A stretch of 64,000 nucleotides of DNA from Eukaryota sp. GEM-RC1. Taxonomy: Eukaryota. Shown here in pieces: positions 47,357-60,864 of the stretch. Every line of letters begins with the position of its first letter. The first letter of the stretch is position 1. The position numbers and the translations under genes were made by a program. The notes under the pieces were generated by a model. It saw nothing but the letters and a program-made list of their open reading frames with translations. It had not been told where the DNA came from and did not search any database. Where the stretch lies: contig JAUFOQ010000004.1 in NCBI GenBank assembly GCA_040285855.1, positions 930,001-994,000 of the forward strand, written 5' to 3'.

Positions 47357-49364
47357 ATGAATCATGTCTATCTTCCATCGCCTACCTATCATCAAGGTGT
47401 ATCAGTATCATCTATCCATCCGGTATGAGTATAATCTGATGGGAATCTTACCATAGGTCCTTTACAATGTTCCACCTCCCCAGTATGATGAGTCTCCTAA
47501 GAAGCGAAAAAACATCTGCCTAGCCCTAATCTGCTTGATCTTGGTCATTATTGTTGTCTCGGTCCTTCTTTTCCTTTCATCTGACAAAGGAGAAGAGCTT
47601 ATCGAAGGGAATGTTGTCTCTGAATCTGATCAACCTCTAATTGCTGAAATTAAAGTTTCTTGGTACGTTTGTTCTTATCGGAGCGATGAAACATCTTCCA
47701 AAACAGTTTCCACAGAAAGTGACGGTACCTTCAACACTGTGCTTTATTTTACAAACTCGGCAAACTGCCAGGATGTTTTCCGCAATTCATATGTTTACTT
47801 TGAGCTGTCCAGTCCTGATCATTTGTTCTCTCCTAGAACAGTGTCATTTAAAATGTCTGACTACTTTAATGGCAAGCCACTGACCTTGATCGTTGAGTAT
47901 GACTCGTTCCCTGTTAGTGGTCATACTCTGTTCAATGGGAACTCTGTATCAGCTGATTTTGACTACAAACTAGACGGAACAAACGACGAGAAGATTCATG
48001 GTTCAACTGATTCAGAGGGCCGTTTCTCTTTCAATTATAGACTTGCAGGATTTAATCAAGGCTTCTACATTGACTTTCACTTTGAAAACTCTGAGTTCTG
48101 TTTGGAGGGTTCTAAAACAGTTGCTCTTGCGGACGCTGAAGGTCTGATAATCTCATTGGAGTCAACGGGTTCCCCTACTCTAGTTTCTGGAACAGTCATT
48201 TATGAAGGATCACCAGTAGTTGCCACTGTTGTACTTCATCCTTCTAGAGCACTAGAACCAACTACTCTGACAACTGGATCCGATGGTAAGTTCTCTACTG
48301 AAATTTTAGCTTGTGGTTCTAAAATCCAATTCAAAGTAACTTCAAATAGTGGTGAGTTTGATCCGTCCTCAATTGAAAAGTCTCTCGATGACGTGACAGA
48401 CTTAGAGATAAATGTGTACAAGTATTTCACAATCACTGGACAGATAACTGTCAATGGCGCTCTTTCTAACCTACTTGACGTTCGTCTTATTGATAGGAAT
48501 GGACAGACCTTCACGAAAACACCGTCCTCAATTGGTTCTTTCACATTCTCAGACGTCATCGCAGGGAGTGTTCAAATCGGTTCTAATCCATACTGGAGCT
48601 CGTCTCATCAAACATTTACATTGACTGGTGATCGAACCGTGTCTCTCTCCGCCTCTTTCACTGTAAACGTCAACATCCATGCTACTACTTCAGGAAGTGA
48701 TGTTACCGCTGGAGAATCTCGCTTAAGTTGCACAGGTGTAGCTACGCATCTCCAAGATCTTGATAGTAATGGCAAAAGTCAGTTTACTTTCTCACCCTCT
48801 CAAAACACGGTATGTCGAGTAACAGTGGTTTCCCCTGGTTATGCTTATTGGATGTCACCTAGCTTTTCTCTAAAAGAAGCCGTATCATTCGATGCGGAGC
48901 TACAATATGCCGAAGCACTCTATTTCTTACATGGGACTGGCCAAGTATATCTAGGAGTTGGATCTTCTGACTGGAAGGATTCCTCATCACTTAACCCCAA
49001 CAGTGGAACTCCAACCTGTCGTGGTGGCAAATTATGGATTAATTGTCAATCTAGTCCATTTACTACTTCTGACTGCCAAACTCATTTCGATCTTCTCAAT
49101 TTCTACATGTACCCTGCTTCAACTGCTGCCCTCACTCAAGACTCTGTTACCCTCGAAATTGGTCTCAGCACTGTTACATGCGCGGAATACGAATTACGGC
49201 AAAATAACGATCAGAATAGATGGCACTGGTATGTTTCACATGGTGGTCCTCACACTGTTGCTGTAACGTACAGTGAACGGGGATTTAGGGGTGAGTGGAA
49301 TGTTGTGGACACCTGGACCTTTAGATGGCATGTATATCATTCAAGCTATACTTTTGGATGTTAA
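47357..49364 (+). CDS. Type II membrane protein with prealbumin/carboxypeptidase-regulatory-like beta-sandwich repeats (exons 47357-47422 and 47457-49364)
   Basis: Splicing gives MNHVY..SIHP|VLYNVPPPQY..KKRKN followed by a TM helix. Repeats of the type TDSEGRFSF, TGSDGKFST, TESDGTFNT. Confidence 0.8.
47423..47456 (+). other. 34-nt spliceosomal intron
   Basis: GTATGAGTATAATCTGATGGGAATCTTACCATAG. Phase-0 removal links ATG 47357 to the long ORF and removes in-frame stops. Confidence 0.75.
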
Positions 49365-49892
49365 AATTGTTGACAAGTTACTTGATAAATCATGTGATAG
49401 ACTTCTTTCAATAAATACAGAACCATCGTGTCTGGTTGCGTTCAGGACACACTTTCCGAAACATTTCAGTTTTTAAAAACCGAGTCAAGTCATCAATTCA
49501 ACATTAAAATGTCTTAACACCATCTTTATAGATTTTCAAAGAATGTACATCCATTAACAAAATGAGGATTGATAATTGTACCTTCATTATTAGAGGTTGA
49601 ACTGAGATGGCTTAGAAGTCCGTTTTTTACTTCAGCTTTTTGGAGTGGAATTGATTGGTAGTTTTGACGATTGCATTCTTATTCTATGTTCACTTTTGCA
49701 GGTTTTTTTTTCAATTTTTCTAGATTTCGTTCCTCTTATTATGATTTGCAACATTACACTGACCCTATAGTAACTAATGCATGGTTGTAGATACAACAAT
49801 CATGAGAATACTGGACCAGTTATCACAACTTTCATTGCAAAGACTTCTCTGGATTTGTTGTCATCACGTGAAAAAGATCTCAAAGCTGGTAA

Positions 49893-50700
49893 TCAACTGT
49901 ATTTAGATGGATTGCAGTTTTTTATGGAAATTGTGTACCTCAGAATTATGAAAAGGCTTTTACCAATTTCAACGTTCATATTTTTAATCCATGGTAATTT
50001 AATAACATCTACTTCAGCTACGCACCTTTTATTAGCAAGTGAAGTTATGAGATGATCTTCTGTTGTTACAGATTCAATTGTAGAACTATGTATCAATTTC
50101 AATTTTTGGTTTCCATACTTTATACCTTTAGTAAACCCAGTTCCATCACCGTATAAATCTATAGAAAATTTCCAAATTTTGGAAATCTAACAATTCAAGA
50201 TAATTACTAGACCTAAAATCATTATTAAGATATTCGAGATATTGAATGTTTAATTTTTCCAATTCTAATGACATTATTGCATCATTTGAATAATATAATT
50301 TTAAGCAATTTACAGGTCTTTTTAAATCATATAGACGATATATGGGATAATCAATTAATTCTACAATATCACATACTACAGGTAGTGTGTTACTGTTTTA
50401 GATATCCCAATTATGGATACACATCATTTTTTGCGTATATATTTTTTGAGGAACATTTGATGGGATATTTTCAAGTCCAAATGCAATTTTAGAAGAATAT
50501 GTATGTAATTCATATTCATATTTGAAACTTTCGTGAATATAGAATTGATAACTATATTTATATACTATTTTTCGATAAGACACGTTATTGAATTTTTTTG
50601 AAATCATTGATAATCTGAACTTGGTTTTTTGATCGCATTCGTCATGAGTCATACAATATAAAGTATCAAAAATCATATATAAGAAATAATAATCATTGTA
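49893..50700 (-). pseudogene. AT-rich, broken ORF of unknown function; possible F-box-like N-terminus
   Basis: Same-strand fragments 50398-50676 and 49893-50102 have Ile/Lys/Asn/Tyr-rich composition unlike neighbouring genes. Confidence 0.35.
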
Positions 50701-50847
50701 TTTCCAATAATCATGAAATTCAACATTTCTTTAGAGTTGGAGTAATGTTGGAGGAATCTGATTTAGGATAAAAAAATTACTATATTTTTTTAAAAAACAT
50801 GCTTATGGAAATTGAACAATTATATCAAACTGTTTTATCGAATTTCA

Positions 50848-51385
50848 ACGGCAAAAGTCAGTTTACTTTCTCACCCTTTCAAAACGTGGTATATCGAGTA
50901 ACAGTGGTTGCCCCTGGTTATGCTTATTGGATGTCACCTAGCTTTTCTCTAAAAGAAACCGTCTCCTTTGATGCGGAGCTGAACTTTACTGAAGCACTTG
51001 CTTTCTGGTATTGTGATAGTTCAAGGTATAATCATGTAGCTCTAGGAGTTGGATCCTCTGACTGGACAGATTCTTCATCACTTCAATCTTTTTTCAGTGG
51101 GTCTACAACCTGTCGTGCTGGCAGAATGTGGCCTAATTGTCAATCTACGTCCTTTACATCTTCAGAGTGCTTATCTCATTTCAATGTTCTTAGTTTCTTA
51201 ATGTACCCTGCTTCAGCTGATGCCCTCACTAAAAACTCTGTTACCCTCGAAATTGGTGCCGACCCCGCCCGTTACATGCGCGGAATATGAATTACGGCAA
51301 AATAACGATCAGAATAGATGTCACTGGTATGTTTCACATGGTGGTTCTCACACTATTTCTGTAACGTACAGTGAACGGGGATTTT
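50848..51385 (+). pseudogene. Partial duplicate of the 3' part of the 47357-49364 gene
   Basis: GGCAAAAGTCAGTTTACTTTCTCACCC... through ...GTAACGTACAGTGAACGGGGATTT matches 48771-49286. It is truncated at both ends. Confidence 0.85.
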
Positions 51386-52244
51386 TGCACTGTGTTCAGG
51401 ATGCGTTTCTCATCACATTTTCAGTATTTTTGGCCCTGATCTCTGAAAGAGTTCTTATAATAATATCAGATAATTATGTAGTTTTAGATCATAGCTGCCC
51501 ATGTCAGCATGACGTCATGACAACATAACATTAAATGCCATGCAAAAGTTCAAAAAAATACAACTTCAAAAGTACAGATACATTGTATTTGTATATTTTC
51601 AGTTGTACTTCTATTTGGCTCGTGTATTTGCCCGTGGGTAATAAGTCGAATCTGTCAATTGTTTGTCACCTCCATTTTCTAACGATATTTCTGTAGATTA
51701 GGTCTAAGCTGCAATGGTGATGAAAATCCACAAACTCTAAGAATCTTCAAAACTTAAGCCAACCGGCAAAAGACAGAAGAATTCTATTAAAACTTCTGAA
51801 AGATCACCCAGTGTGTGGTGTCAACGAGATAATCTCCCACCCTCCCCTATTGTATATTTGCAACAAATATGTGCGAATGCCCTTGAAATGATGCGCCTTC
51901 TCCAGTGATTATACACAATGCTACTGTCTCAACACAAACAATGAAATCTCAATTCAGGTCTATTCGTGTTTCAATAATTATCATCTGGTTTTAGTCAGGA
52001 AAGCAGGCCACATCTAACACCAGCATTGTTACGCAATCCATGTACAAAATAGAAGCAATTCTGTTTCATTAACTCGATTTGCATCATAACTATTTAGCCC
52101 TTGTTAATTTATTGACAGTGAAACTCCAGTCACACTCTTCGTGTTGAAGATCAACACAAGATGTTGTGTAGAAATTTTCTATACAATTTCTTAGAAAATG
52201 AGTAGTTTTCTTGAGCAACAACTAACACGTGAGATCAACCCATA

Positions 52245-55200
52245 ATGACTCAACCCCCACTAAAGACAAGGCGTTCCTCAGATGACTTCCTATCAGATGA
52301 CCATACTACTTGTGGTATGTCCTGCGATACAAATCGATCCTCCTCTTTGACATATTCTTCGCTTAATCATGAATCTCCCATGCGTGTCTATTTCCAACAG
52401 TCATTGTTGGTACTGATACAGTTTCATTTCATCAGACGTCTATCTAAGAAATCCTTTAACAGGGGCTTCTCGGATTACCTCCTGCCTTGTATTCAAAATG
52501 TTGGGTACGTGAGTCACCGCTTTTTCGAATCTTTTGTTTCTGCAGTTAAGATTTTCGTTGAAACAAACACTTTTGATGTGGCTCCTGTGTGCCTTCCTCT
52601 ACTATCTTCAATTGCTTCTCTCTTTGGAGCAAAGATACAATCTGTGTCTCTGTCCCTGAACCATCCGATTCAGGAAAAGACATTTTGAATACCCTTTCAT
52701 TACAAGTCTAAAGGCAGAAATCTCTTCTTTTCTACCCCACTTACTTGATTGTTCATCTTCCTTTTATTTATCTCGTCTTAGACGGCTTGATATTACAATC
52801 GGAGATGCTTATGCTCGCGTTCAGCTGAGATGTTTTCCCGTGATTAGACACGATGAAGTCACCAACAAAACACATACGGATGCTTTTAATTCCTTTTGTA
52901 AGTCTCTGATGAATAATACTACTGTTACTGAATTAACAATTAACATCAATTGTCTTAAGTCGTGTGATTTTAATTCTTTTGCAGAAGTGTTTGGCTCCAA
53001 CAAAACATTGAAAGCACTTTGTCTTTGTTTTAAAGTCTCACCTAAATATGAAGAATCGCTGTTACTGTATAATTCAATTGCAATTAATTCAGGCATTGAA
53101 AAAATTGATTTAACTAAACTCTCGCTTAATTCAACTAAGAATCCAATGTTCTTGCACCACTGTTTAACAGTTCCAGTCTTAAAAGTATCACGTTTCCTAG
53201 TGTTTGTTCTTTGACTTCTTCAGAATTCAAGGGTCTTCTGAACAATTCATCGCTTGAAGAACTTGTCTTACATGGAAACTCGTTCGATCCTGAAGATCTT
53301 GCTAATGTTCTAAAATTTAATACTTTTTTAAAGAAAGTTGAAATTTTTGAAGGTTCATTCGTTTTCGCCATTATGCAAAGCTCTTGAGTCAAATTGTACT
53401 CTATTAGAGGTAGACGTTACTACTGCAAGATCATTATTATGTCGAAAAAGTAGGAATCTGACTGACCAAGATGCTCGATCTTTAGGTGATATGATACAAA
53501 AGAACACTAGTTTACTTGTGTTGAACCTCAGTGGGATTACTTTGAATTCATCCCAGTTTAAAATCCTTTTAAACAGTCTGGAACACAATACCGTTTTAAA
53601 GCAAGTTAGCTTACCGATAATGGATTTAGAATGTTTAATCTTAGCTGGTGAAGCAGCATTTGGTGGAAAGTATCTCTCAAACATTGATTTTTCTCCGCAT
53701 ATTATCAGTGTCGAAAAGAACCAGTTTTGCTTTTCGCCAGATAGTTTCCGTAGTACCAATGTAACTGCCGAAGAATTTACGTCTCTACGTTGTTTCCTGA
53801 CTCGTTCGTGTATTAAAGTACTTTCTCTCAAACATTGTCGTTTTACGGACGCAATCTTCACTAGCTTGTGTGATTTAATCAGGGTCAATAATTCACTGTC
53901 TTCTGTTGAATTCAGTTCCATCCAAAAGTATGAGAAAATTCGATATTTTTTCTCAGATGAAGAATTTTCAGAACATGATGATCCCGTTTGCTACAGTCAA
54001 CTATCTTGTGACGATTTTTCCATGTTATTCAGTGCGATTCAGTCCAACCCTCGTTTAACTGGAAGTAAATATCAGTAACAACCATATTCGATTTAATAAC
54101 GTTTTAACTCTTTTCACTCTGGTTTCTAGTAAGAAAATTACCCCAAATGTCCTAGTAAATCCTCACTATATTGATGGTTTTCGAGGTATCATTCGATATC
54201 AAGACAGGCTCAAAAATAGCGATTTGATTGCACTATTAAAAGCTTTAAAATCAGGTGTTTCTATTAAACGTGTTGATTGTCGTGGATGGAGAAGTCCGAG
54301 TCTAAATGGACTTTTAGCTCTCTTTGAAGTTTGTTCAATTAACCAGGCAGTCATAGATCTTCCAATTGCCCCTCACTTTTTTGACGTTGAGAATGGAATA
54401 TTGGTTTTTTCTCCACAACAATTTTCCAAAGTATCCACTGAATATTTGATACCTACTCAATACGTAATGTCTGTCGAAGATATCACATCCCTACAGTACT
54501 TTTTAAAGTGTTTCTGTATCACAGAATTTTCTGTTAAAGGATGTAGTTTTACCGACGAAAGAATCGCTGATTTCAGTCATTTATTTAGGGGTAATGTTTC
54601 ATTGACTGCTTTTAACTTCATCGACTGTAGCGTATCTGATGATGAGCATCTTCCGAATTTAATCAACGCTCTGCAGCCTATTCCTTGTTTGAAAGAGATT
54701 AATTTCACGATTAGTATTATCAATCTCAATGGGCTTCTGGTTGTTTTTAACCAATTCTCAGCTCATAATTGAATTAATAGAATTCAAATTTCTAAACATC
54801 TCATAGATGTATCTCGTGGCTTAATTCGCTATGAAAATATACTTTGCCATGTTGATTTGATTGCACTATTAAAAGCTTTAAAATCAGGTGTTCCTGTTAA
54901 ACGTGTTGATTGTCGTGGATGGAGAAGTCCAAGTATAGAAGGACTTATTGCTTTATTTGAGATTCTTTCTATTAACAAGTCATTGTTGGATATTGATATT
55001 TCGCCACATTTTATTGATATTGAAAATGGTGTTTTTGTTTTGCTCCCAAACGGTCTACCAAGATATCCGCTGAAGAAGTCTCGTCGCTACAGTGTTTTTT
55101 GGAGTGCTTTGAAATCAGAGAGCTCACCCTTAAAGGATGTCGTTTTACTGATGAAGCAATCACTGCGTTGTGTGATTTAATGAAGGTCAATAGTTCTTTG

Positions 55201-55260
55201 ACTTCTGTTGATTTCAGTGATTGTGATCTGCCTAATTGCATTCTGAATCTATGTATGAAA
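52245..55260 (+). CDS. RNI-like leucine-rich-repeat protein with multiple frameshifts (sequencing errors or pseudogene)
   Basis: Repeated NxTLxxLxL motifs (NNTTVTEL, NTSLLVLNL, NNSLSSVEF) and an internal duplication (~54220 vs ~54855). Confidence 0.75.
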
Positions 55261-55953
55261 TTTAGATCGAAACGGTAGCTTCGAAAATATTTACGTAAAA
55301 ACCCACCTAGTTTTACAAGTCAGACATATGCCCAAATTTGTTAACTACTTATCACAACGTTGTATAAGAACTGTAGCACTCAGGAAAGCAACCACAAAAA
55401 GTGAATATTTATTGTTTTGTTTATTGTGTGATCGAACAATGAATATATGCAATCAATTATTGTATTGTAGTGTATGCAGAGTGAGCAAACACGTGTTAGT
55501 ACGTGTTGTCACGTGGCCAAAATCCTTAACACAACTTGAACGACTGATCATAGTATGAAATAAAGGGAGTATGTTGATTGTTAAGGGATAAAGCCACTTC
55601 AATAATGCCATTAGCGAAACATTTCGAAACGTTAAGAATTCGACCAATATTGCCAAATAAATTTGATAACAAATGTCAAAGCTGATTTTACTGGCACTTT
55701 GTGACCTATAATTGAAATATCCATATATGCAACAATATCTAAATCGTTGAATTTAGGTTTTTAACCAACCAAAATTGAATACAAAGGAAGATAAAACAAA
55801 AAAGGGGCTACAGGATCTCCTACGGTACGTTTAATCAGTGTCGATATTTATTTCACATTTATCTTCCACTCTTTTATTGGAGCAAAAAATTTACATTGTT
55901 TTATGAGATGACCTGATTAAAGGTCTGATAACACTACAAATTTTGAACACTAA

Positions 55954-57801
55954 TCAAATTTTGATTCTATCTAATGAAGAAGTTCCTACCATCAATTTCG
56001 ATATTTGTTTGATACCTTTATTACGGCATAGATTAAGGATTTTAACTCTGTGATTGGATTGAATTGCCCCAAAAAGGGCCAAAGCTCCTCTTCCAGTAAT
56101 AGAGTTATGGGAAAGATCTATTTCCGTAACTGTAGAATTGTCTGTCAATAACTCGGCAAAGATTATTGCAGCTTCATCATCAATTTTGTTCGATTTCAAT
56201 ATAACAGTTTTAAGACATGAATTGATCAGTAGTCCAACAATTAGGTTAATTAAATTGTCACTAGTTAGTTCACATCTAGAAAAGTCAACAAAAGTCAACG
56301 AAGTATTGACCTTAAAGAATGATGATAGGACACGGATTGATTCGTCAGTAAATTTACAATTTCCGATAGTAAGATGTTTGATTTTGTACAAATCTAATAC
56401 AATCTGGAGAGATGAAACTTCTGATGCTGCAACCGCTTTGAAAGGATCTTCGAAACCAGGACGCAGAATACGTGAGAACTGAAAAACACCACGGTCTAAA
56501 TCAACGTAATTGGGAGAAAAGTCAATTAAAGAAGTCAAACGACTTTCTCTGTTAGAGGCCAGAATGTCCACTATTTGTATAACACAACCTAAATCCAATG
56601 AACTGAACCGAACTTTCATCAATGACGAGTTGTTTTCAAGTGCATTAAGAACAATTGGAAAACTTGACGACGTATAAAGTAACCCATCAAGATTCAAAAC
56701 AAGTAGACTTGTATTCATTTCCAACATCTCAACAAAGGATTGGATTTCTTGGTCAGTGAATGGATTCTCTACAACACGTATGTACAGCTCCAATAAGGAA
56801 GTATTTGATTCGAGAAATTTAAAAAATGTTGAAAAATCAAATGTGCAATATTTTAATTTAAGTCGTTTCAAATGAGTATTGTGATTTACAATAACGGCCA
56901 GTAACTCACTTTTGAATGTGACGTGTGTTAGACCAAACTCTGTCAGTTTGGATTGTATTACATCCAGATATCTTGACAAAGGTTTTGCCTCAGAACAACC
57001 AAAAGTTGTTTCATCAAGTTCGATACCAAAAATTTTAATTTTTCGAATTAATTTGTTTCTTAGAAGACTTGCTGGAATTGGACCCAATACCTGAGGCCCG
57101 CAAATACCTCTACTAAAAACACTGACTTGCTTTAACGTGGTATTTGAAGAAAAGACTTTTGCGAGAGAGCTACATTGGTCTTCAGTTAAACGAGGAAAGT
57201 TTATGACTAATTTTAGAACCGTGTCGTTTGTCATGAGATGCTCAGCAAAAGAGGAAATTGAAGTTTGAGGCATGATAACAAGATCAAGGCACCGGAGTCG
57301 TGGAAAATAGAGAGGAGAAGATTTTGAAAGAAAACCAAAATATTCTGTTAGATGAAGATTGTGGTTGAAAGAGACTACATCAAATCGAAGATATTCACAG
57401 TTAATTAAGGGTGTATCTCTACCTCTTAAAGAAAAATGAACTGTCGGTCTTGTTACTCCAAAGAAGTTTGTTAAGGATGTCAACCAGGAAACATTTGCAG
57501 TGTTACAACAAACTCCGTTGTGTTTCAAGTACGTGTGAATTGCTGTGAGAGAGGATTCGAAGAAGTGTTGACTCACACAACCAAGCGATTCAACAAAAGC
57601 TAGCAGAGTGATTGTTAATTTTCGGTATGTGCTCCTGCTTCTTGGACCTGGGATATGATCGACGAGTTGTTTCAGTGAATGGTAACTAATGAGTTGGATG
57701 AGAGATTGTGGAAAGGATATGGTACATGAATAGGACTCAGTCTGAGAGACGGACTGACGAGGAAGCTTCATGAGACGGTTTGGAGTTGAAGAAGATCCCA
57801 T
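55954..57801 (-). CDS. RNI-like leucine-rich-repeat protein (intact, 615 aa)
   Basis: NSTVTEIDLSHNSITGRGA, LKSNKIDDEAA, NTSLLVLNL. Confidence 0.88.
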   Translation of the reverse strand: MGSSSTPNRLMKLPRQSVSQTESYSCTISFPQSLIQLISYHSLKQLVDHIPGPRSRSTYRKLTITLLAFVESLGCVSQHFFESSLTAIHTYLKHNGVCCNTANVSWLTSLTNFFGVTRPTVHFSLRGRDTPLINCEYLRFDVVSFNHNLHLTEYFGFLSKSSPLYFPRLRCLDLVIMPQTSISSFAEHLMTNDTVLKLVINFPRLTEDQCSSLAKVFSSNTTLKQVSVFSRGICGPQVLGPIPASLLRNKLIRKIKIFGIELDETTFGCSEAKPLSRYLDVIQSKLTEFGLTHVTFKSELLAVIVNHNTHLKRLKLKYCTFDFSTFFKFLESNTSLLELYIRVVENPFTDQEIQSFVEMLEMNTSLLVLNLDGLLYTSSSFPIVLNALENNSSLMKVRFSSLDLGCVIQIVDILASNRESRLTSLIDFSPNYVDLDRGVFQFSRILRPGFEDPFKAVAASEVSSLQIVLDLYKIKHLTIGNCKFTDESIRVLSSFFKVNTSLTFVDFSRCELTSDNLINLIVGLLINSCLKTVILKSNKIDDEAAIIFAELLTDNSTVTEIDLSHNSITGRGALALFGAIQSNHRVKILNLCRNKGIKQISKLMVGTSSLDRIKI

Positions 57802-58999
57802 AATGTTTTAAATGCGTGTTGTCAAATGTAGAGTCAAACACCCACAACTCAAGTCAAATACTACTACAATGTAATAGTTTAGCCTAACATCAATTAATGG
57901 CTTGCTTCAACAATAATGGAGCTTGTAGCAGCTTTATGGAGCAATTGTATTGATAATTTCCTGCTTATATGGAAGTAAAAATCGGCTCTAAAACGCAACA
58001 TGACACTTTGGATAGATTAATCTTCAAAATAGAAGGATGGGCGTACATCAACATTGTACTGGTATTACTGTGTACGATCGTAATTGTAAGATAATTGTGT
58101 AGACCATCAACACAGTAAAAATATTAGAGACCAATACAAATCGACAATGTGACATTTGAGCAGACAATGAACAAATCAACAACATAATGTAAATGACGAA
58201 TCCTCATTCCAATATCGGTTACAATGAGCCTCTCTACGTTTCCCTACTGTTAGAATAAATAAGCTGTTTTCTTGAAAACAATAGAATTGTATGAAACAAG
58301 GTTGAACATCCATTTGAGGATGACAAGCAATAAATTATTTGAACTAAGAGGGTTCTAGATGTTGTTTCGAATTATTACTGACTTCTTGTATTTTGTTAAC
58401 ACCGGTACCGTGTTTACAAGCTGATTTCCATTGGTCAGTCTAGGATCAATCTCTTAATGTACTACATTGATACCTATGACGTGATTGCTGAGCAATTACC
58501 AATGCTTCAATTTCAATTGCTTCCGTAAAAATAATATAATATATATAAAAATATATATAATGCGATTTCGAGGAAAACCAAATTCCAAAACACTTCTCTC
58601 AACAACAAAGTTGACGCTACCTGGCACTTCCATTGTTCAAAAACTGACTACTGAAATAGCGTCTGGAGTGTTGATTATTTGTGCTGTTATGTCACACGAC
58701 ACATGACAAAATAATCAATGTCAGACTAAAAGAGGGACGACGTTTCTCTAGGATCTGATTGAAAAAGAGACTTATATCTAAAAATCGCACTCGAATTTTT
58801 GATTTTACGAGTAACGAAATCAGAATATTTGTCGACACGTTTCTAGGTTTCCGAAACGTATGTGAACTGTGCAAATATAATTCATCAATTCTGGACGATT
58901 TCTATTTTTTAGTGATCATTGGAAATATTGGGCAAACTTAGAAAAGCAGAAGCTACATAGAGTGTTACGTTTGTCGTACACTACAAATTATGATCATTA

Positions 59000-60856
59000 A
59001 ACAAATTTTGATTCTACCTAATGAAAAAGTCTCTATCATTAATTTCGATATTTGATCGATACATTTATTATGTCAGAGACCAATGGCAACTCTGTGATTA
59101 GATTGAATTGCCCCAAAAAGTGCTAAAGCTCCTTTTCCAGTAATAGAGTTATAGGAAAGATCTATTCCAGCAATTGTAGAATTGTCTGTCAATAACTCAG
59201 CCAAGACAATTGCAGATTCATCATCAATTTTGTTCGATTTCAATGTAGGATTCTTAACATAAGAATTGGTCAGTAATGCAAGAATTAGGTCAATTGTTTG
59301 GTCACTAGTTAACTGACAGGTAGAAATGTCGATTAGAGATGATTTAATTAGATTCAGCCTTAATACCATGGATAAAAGATTGACCGATTCGTCAGTAAAC
59401 CTACAATTTCCTATAGTAAGCTGTTTGATCTTGTACAAATCTAACATAATCTTGAGGGATGAAACTTCTGATAGCCCGGGATGTATTGTGGCAGACGTTC
59501 TTATACTCAAAATGTGAGAACTGGAAAACACCACGGTCTAAATCAACGTAATTGGGAGAAAAGTCAATTAAATAAGTCAAACGACTTTCTTTGTCAGAAG
59601 CCAGAATGTCCACTATTTGTAGAACACAACCTAAATCCAATGAACTGAACCGAACTTTCATCAATGACGAGTTGTTTTCAAGTGCATTAAGAACAATTGG
59701 AAAACTTGACGACGTATAAAGTAACCCATCAAGATTCAAAACAAGTAGACTTGTATTCATTTCCAACATCTCAACAAAGGATTGGATTTCTTGGTCAGTG
59801 AATGGATTCTCTACAACACGTATGTACAGCTCCAATAAGGAAGTATTTGATTCGAGAAATTTAAAAAATGTTGAAAAATGAAATGTGCAATATTTTAATT
59901 TAAGTCGTTTCAAATGAGTATTGTGATTTACAATAACAGCCAGTAACTCGCTTTTGAATGCGACGTGTGTTAGACCAAACTCTGTCAATTTGGATTGTAT
60001 TACATCTAGAGATCTTGAAAAGGTGTGGTCTCAGAACAACCAAAAGTTGATTCATCAAGTTCGATACCAAAAATTTTAATTTTTCGAATTATTTTGTTTC
60101 TTAGAAGACTTGCTGGAATTGGTCCCAATTCCTGAGGCCCGTAACTACCTCGACTAAACACAGTGACTTGTTTTAAAGTGGTATTTGAAGAAAAGACTTT
60201 TGCGAGAGAGCGGCAATGGTTACCGGTTAATCTAGGAGAGTATACGACAAATTTTACAACAGTATCGTTTGTCATGAAATGCTCAGCAAAAGAGGAAATT
60301 GACATTTCAGGCATGATAATAAGATAAAGACTCCTGAGTCGTGGAAAAAGAAGGAGAAGATTTTGACAGAAAACCAAAAGGATGAGATTCTGCTCTGAAC
60401 ATGATAGCCAACACATCAAATCGAAGCCATTCCTTGATAACCAAGTGTGTAACTGTAGCGCCTAGTCTAAGGTGTACAAAGGGTCTTTTACCCCAAAGAA
60501 GTTTGATAGGGATCTCAAGGAGGAGATATTTGCACTGTTACAATGAACTGCATTGTGATCCAAGTACATGTGAATTGCGGTGAGAGAAGATTCGAAGAAG
60601 TGCTGACTCACGTAACCGATCGATTCAACAAAAGCAGGTAGAATCGTCAAGAAGTCTCTGAATGTGGGCCATATCAAACCTTTTGGGTGATGTTCTACGA
60701 GTTGTTTCAGTGAATGGTAACCAATGAGTTGGAGGAGAGATTGGGGAAGAAATATGGTATCTTATAGGACGTTGAATTTGAATTGAACTCGTTCTGAGAC
60801 TCCCATTCAGAAAGTAGGTCCATGAAGTTTGGAGTCGAAGGATAAGATTTGTAGGT
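59000..60856 (-). pseudogene. Disrupted tandem paralog of the 55954-57801 LRR gene
   Basis: Colinear similarity over the whole length, several frameshifts, and MITE E inserted at its 5' end. Confidence 0.8.
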
Positions 60857-60864
60857 GTCCCAAT

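Noticed and set aside
1..60856. Programmed ribosomal frameshifting or RNA editing as the cause of the many split ORFs
   Set aside because: Breaks go in both directions (+1 and -1), involve all four bases and mostly sit on homopolymer runs with no shared motif. Long-read consensus error is the simpler explanation.
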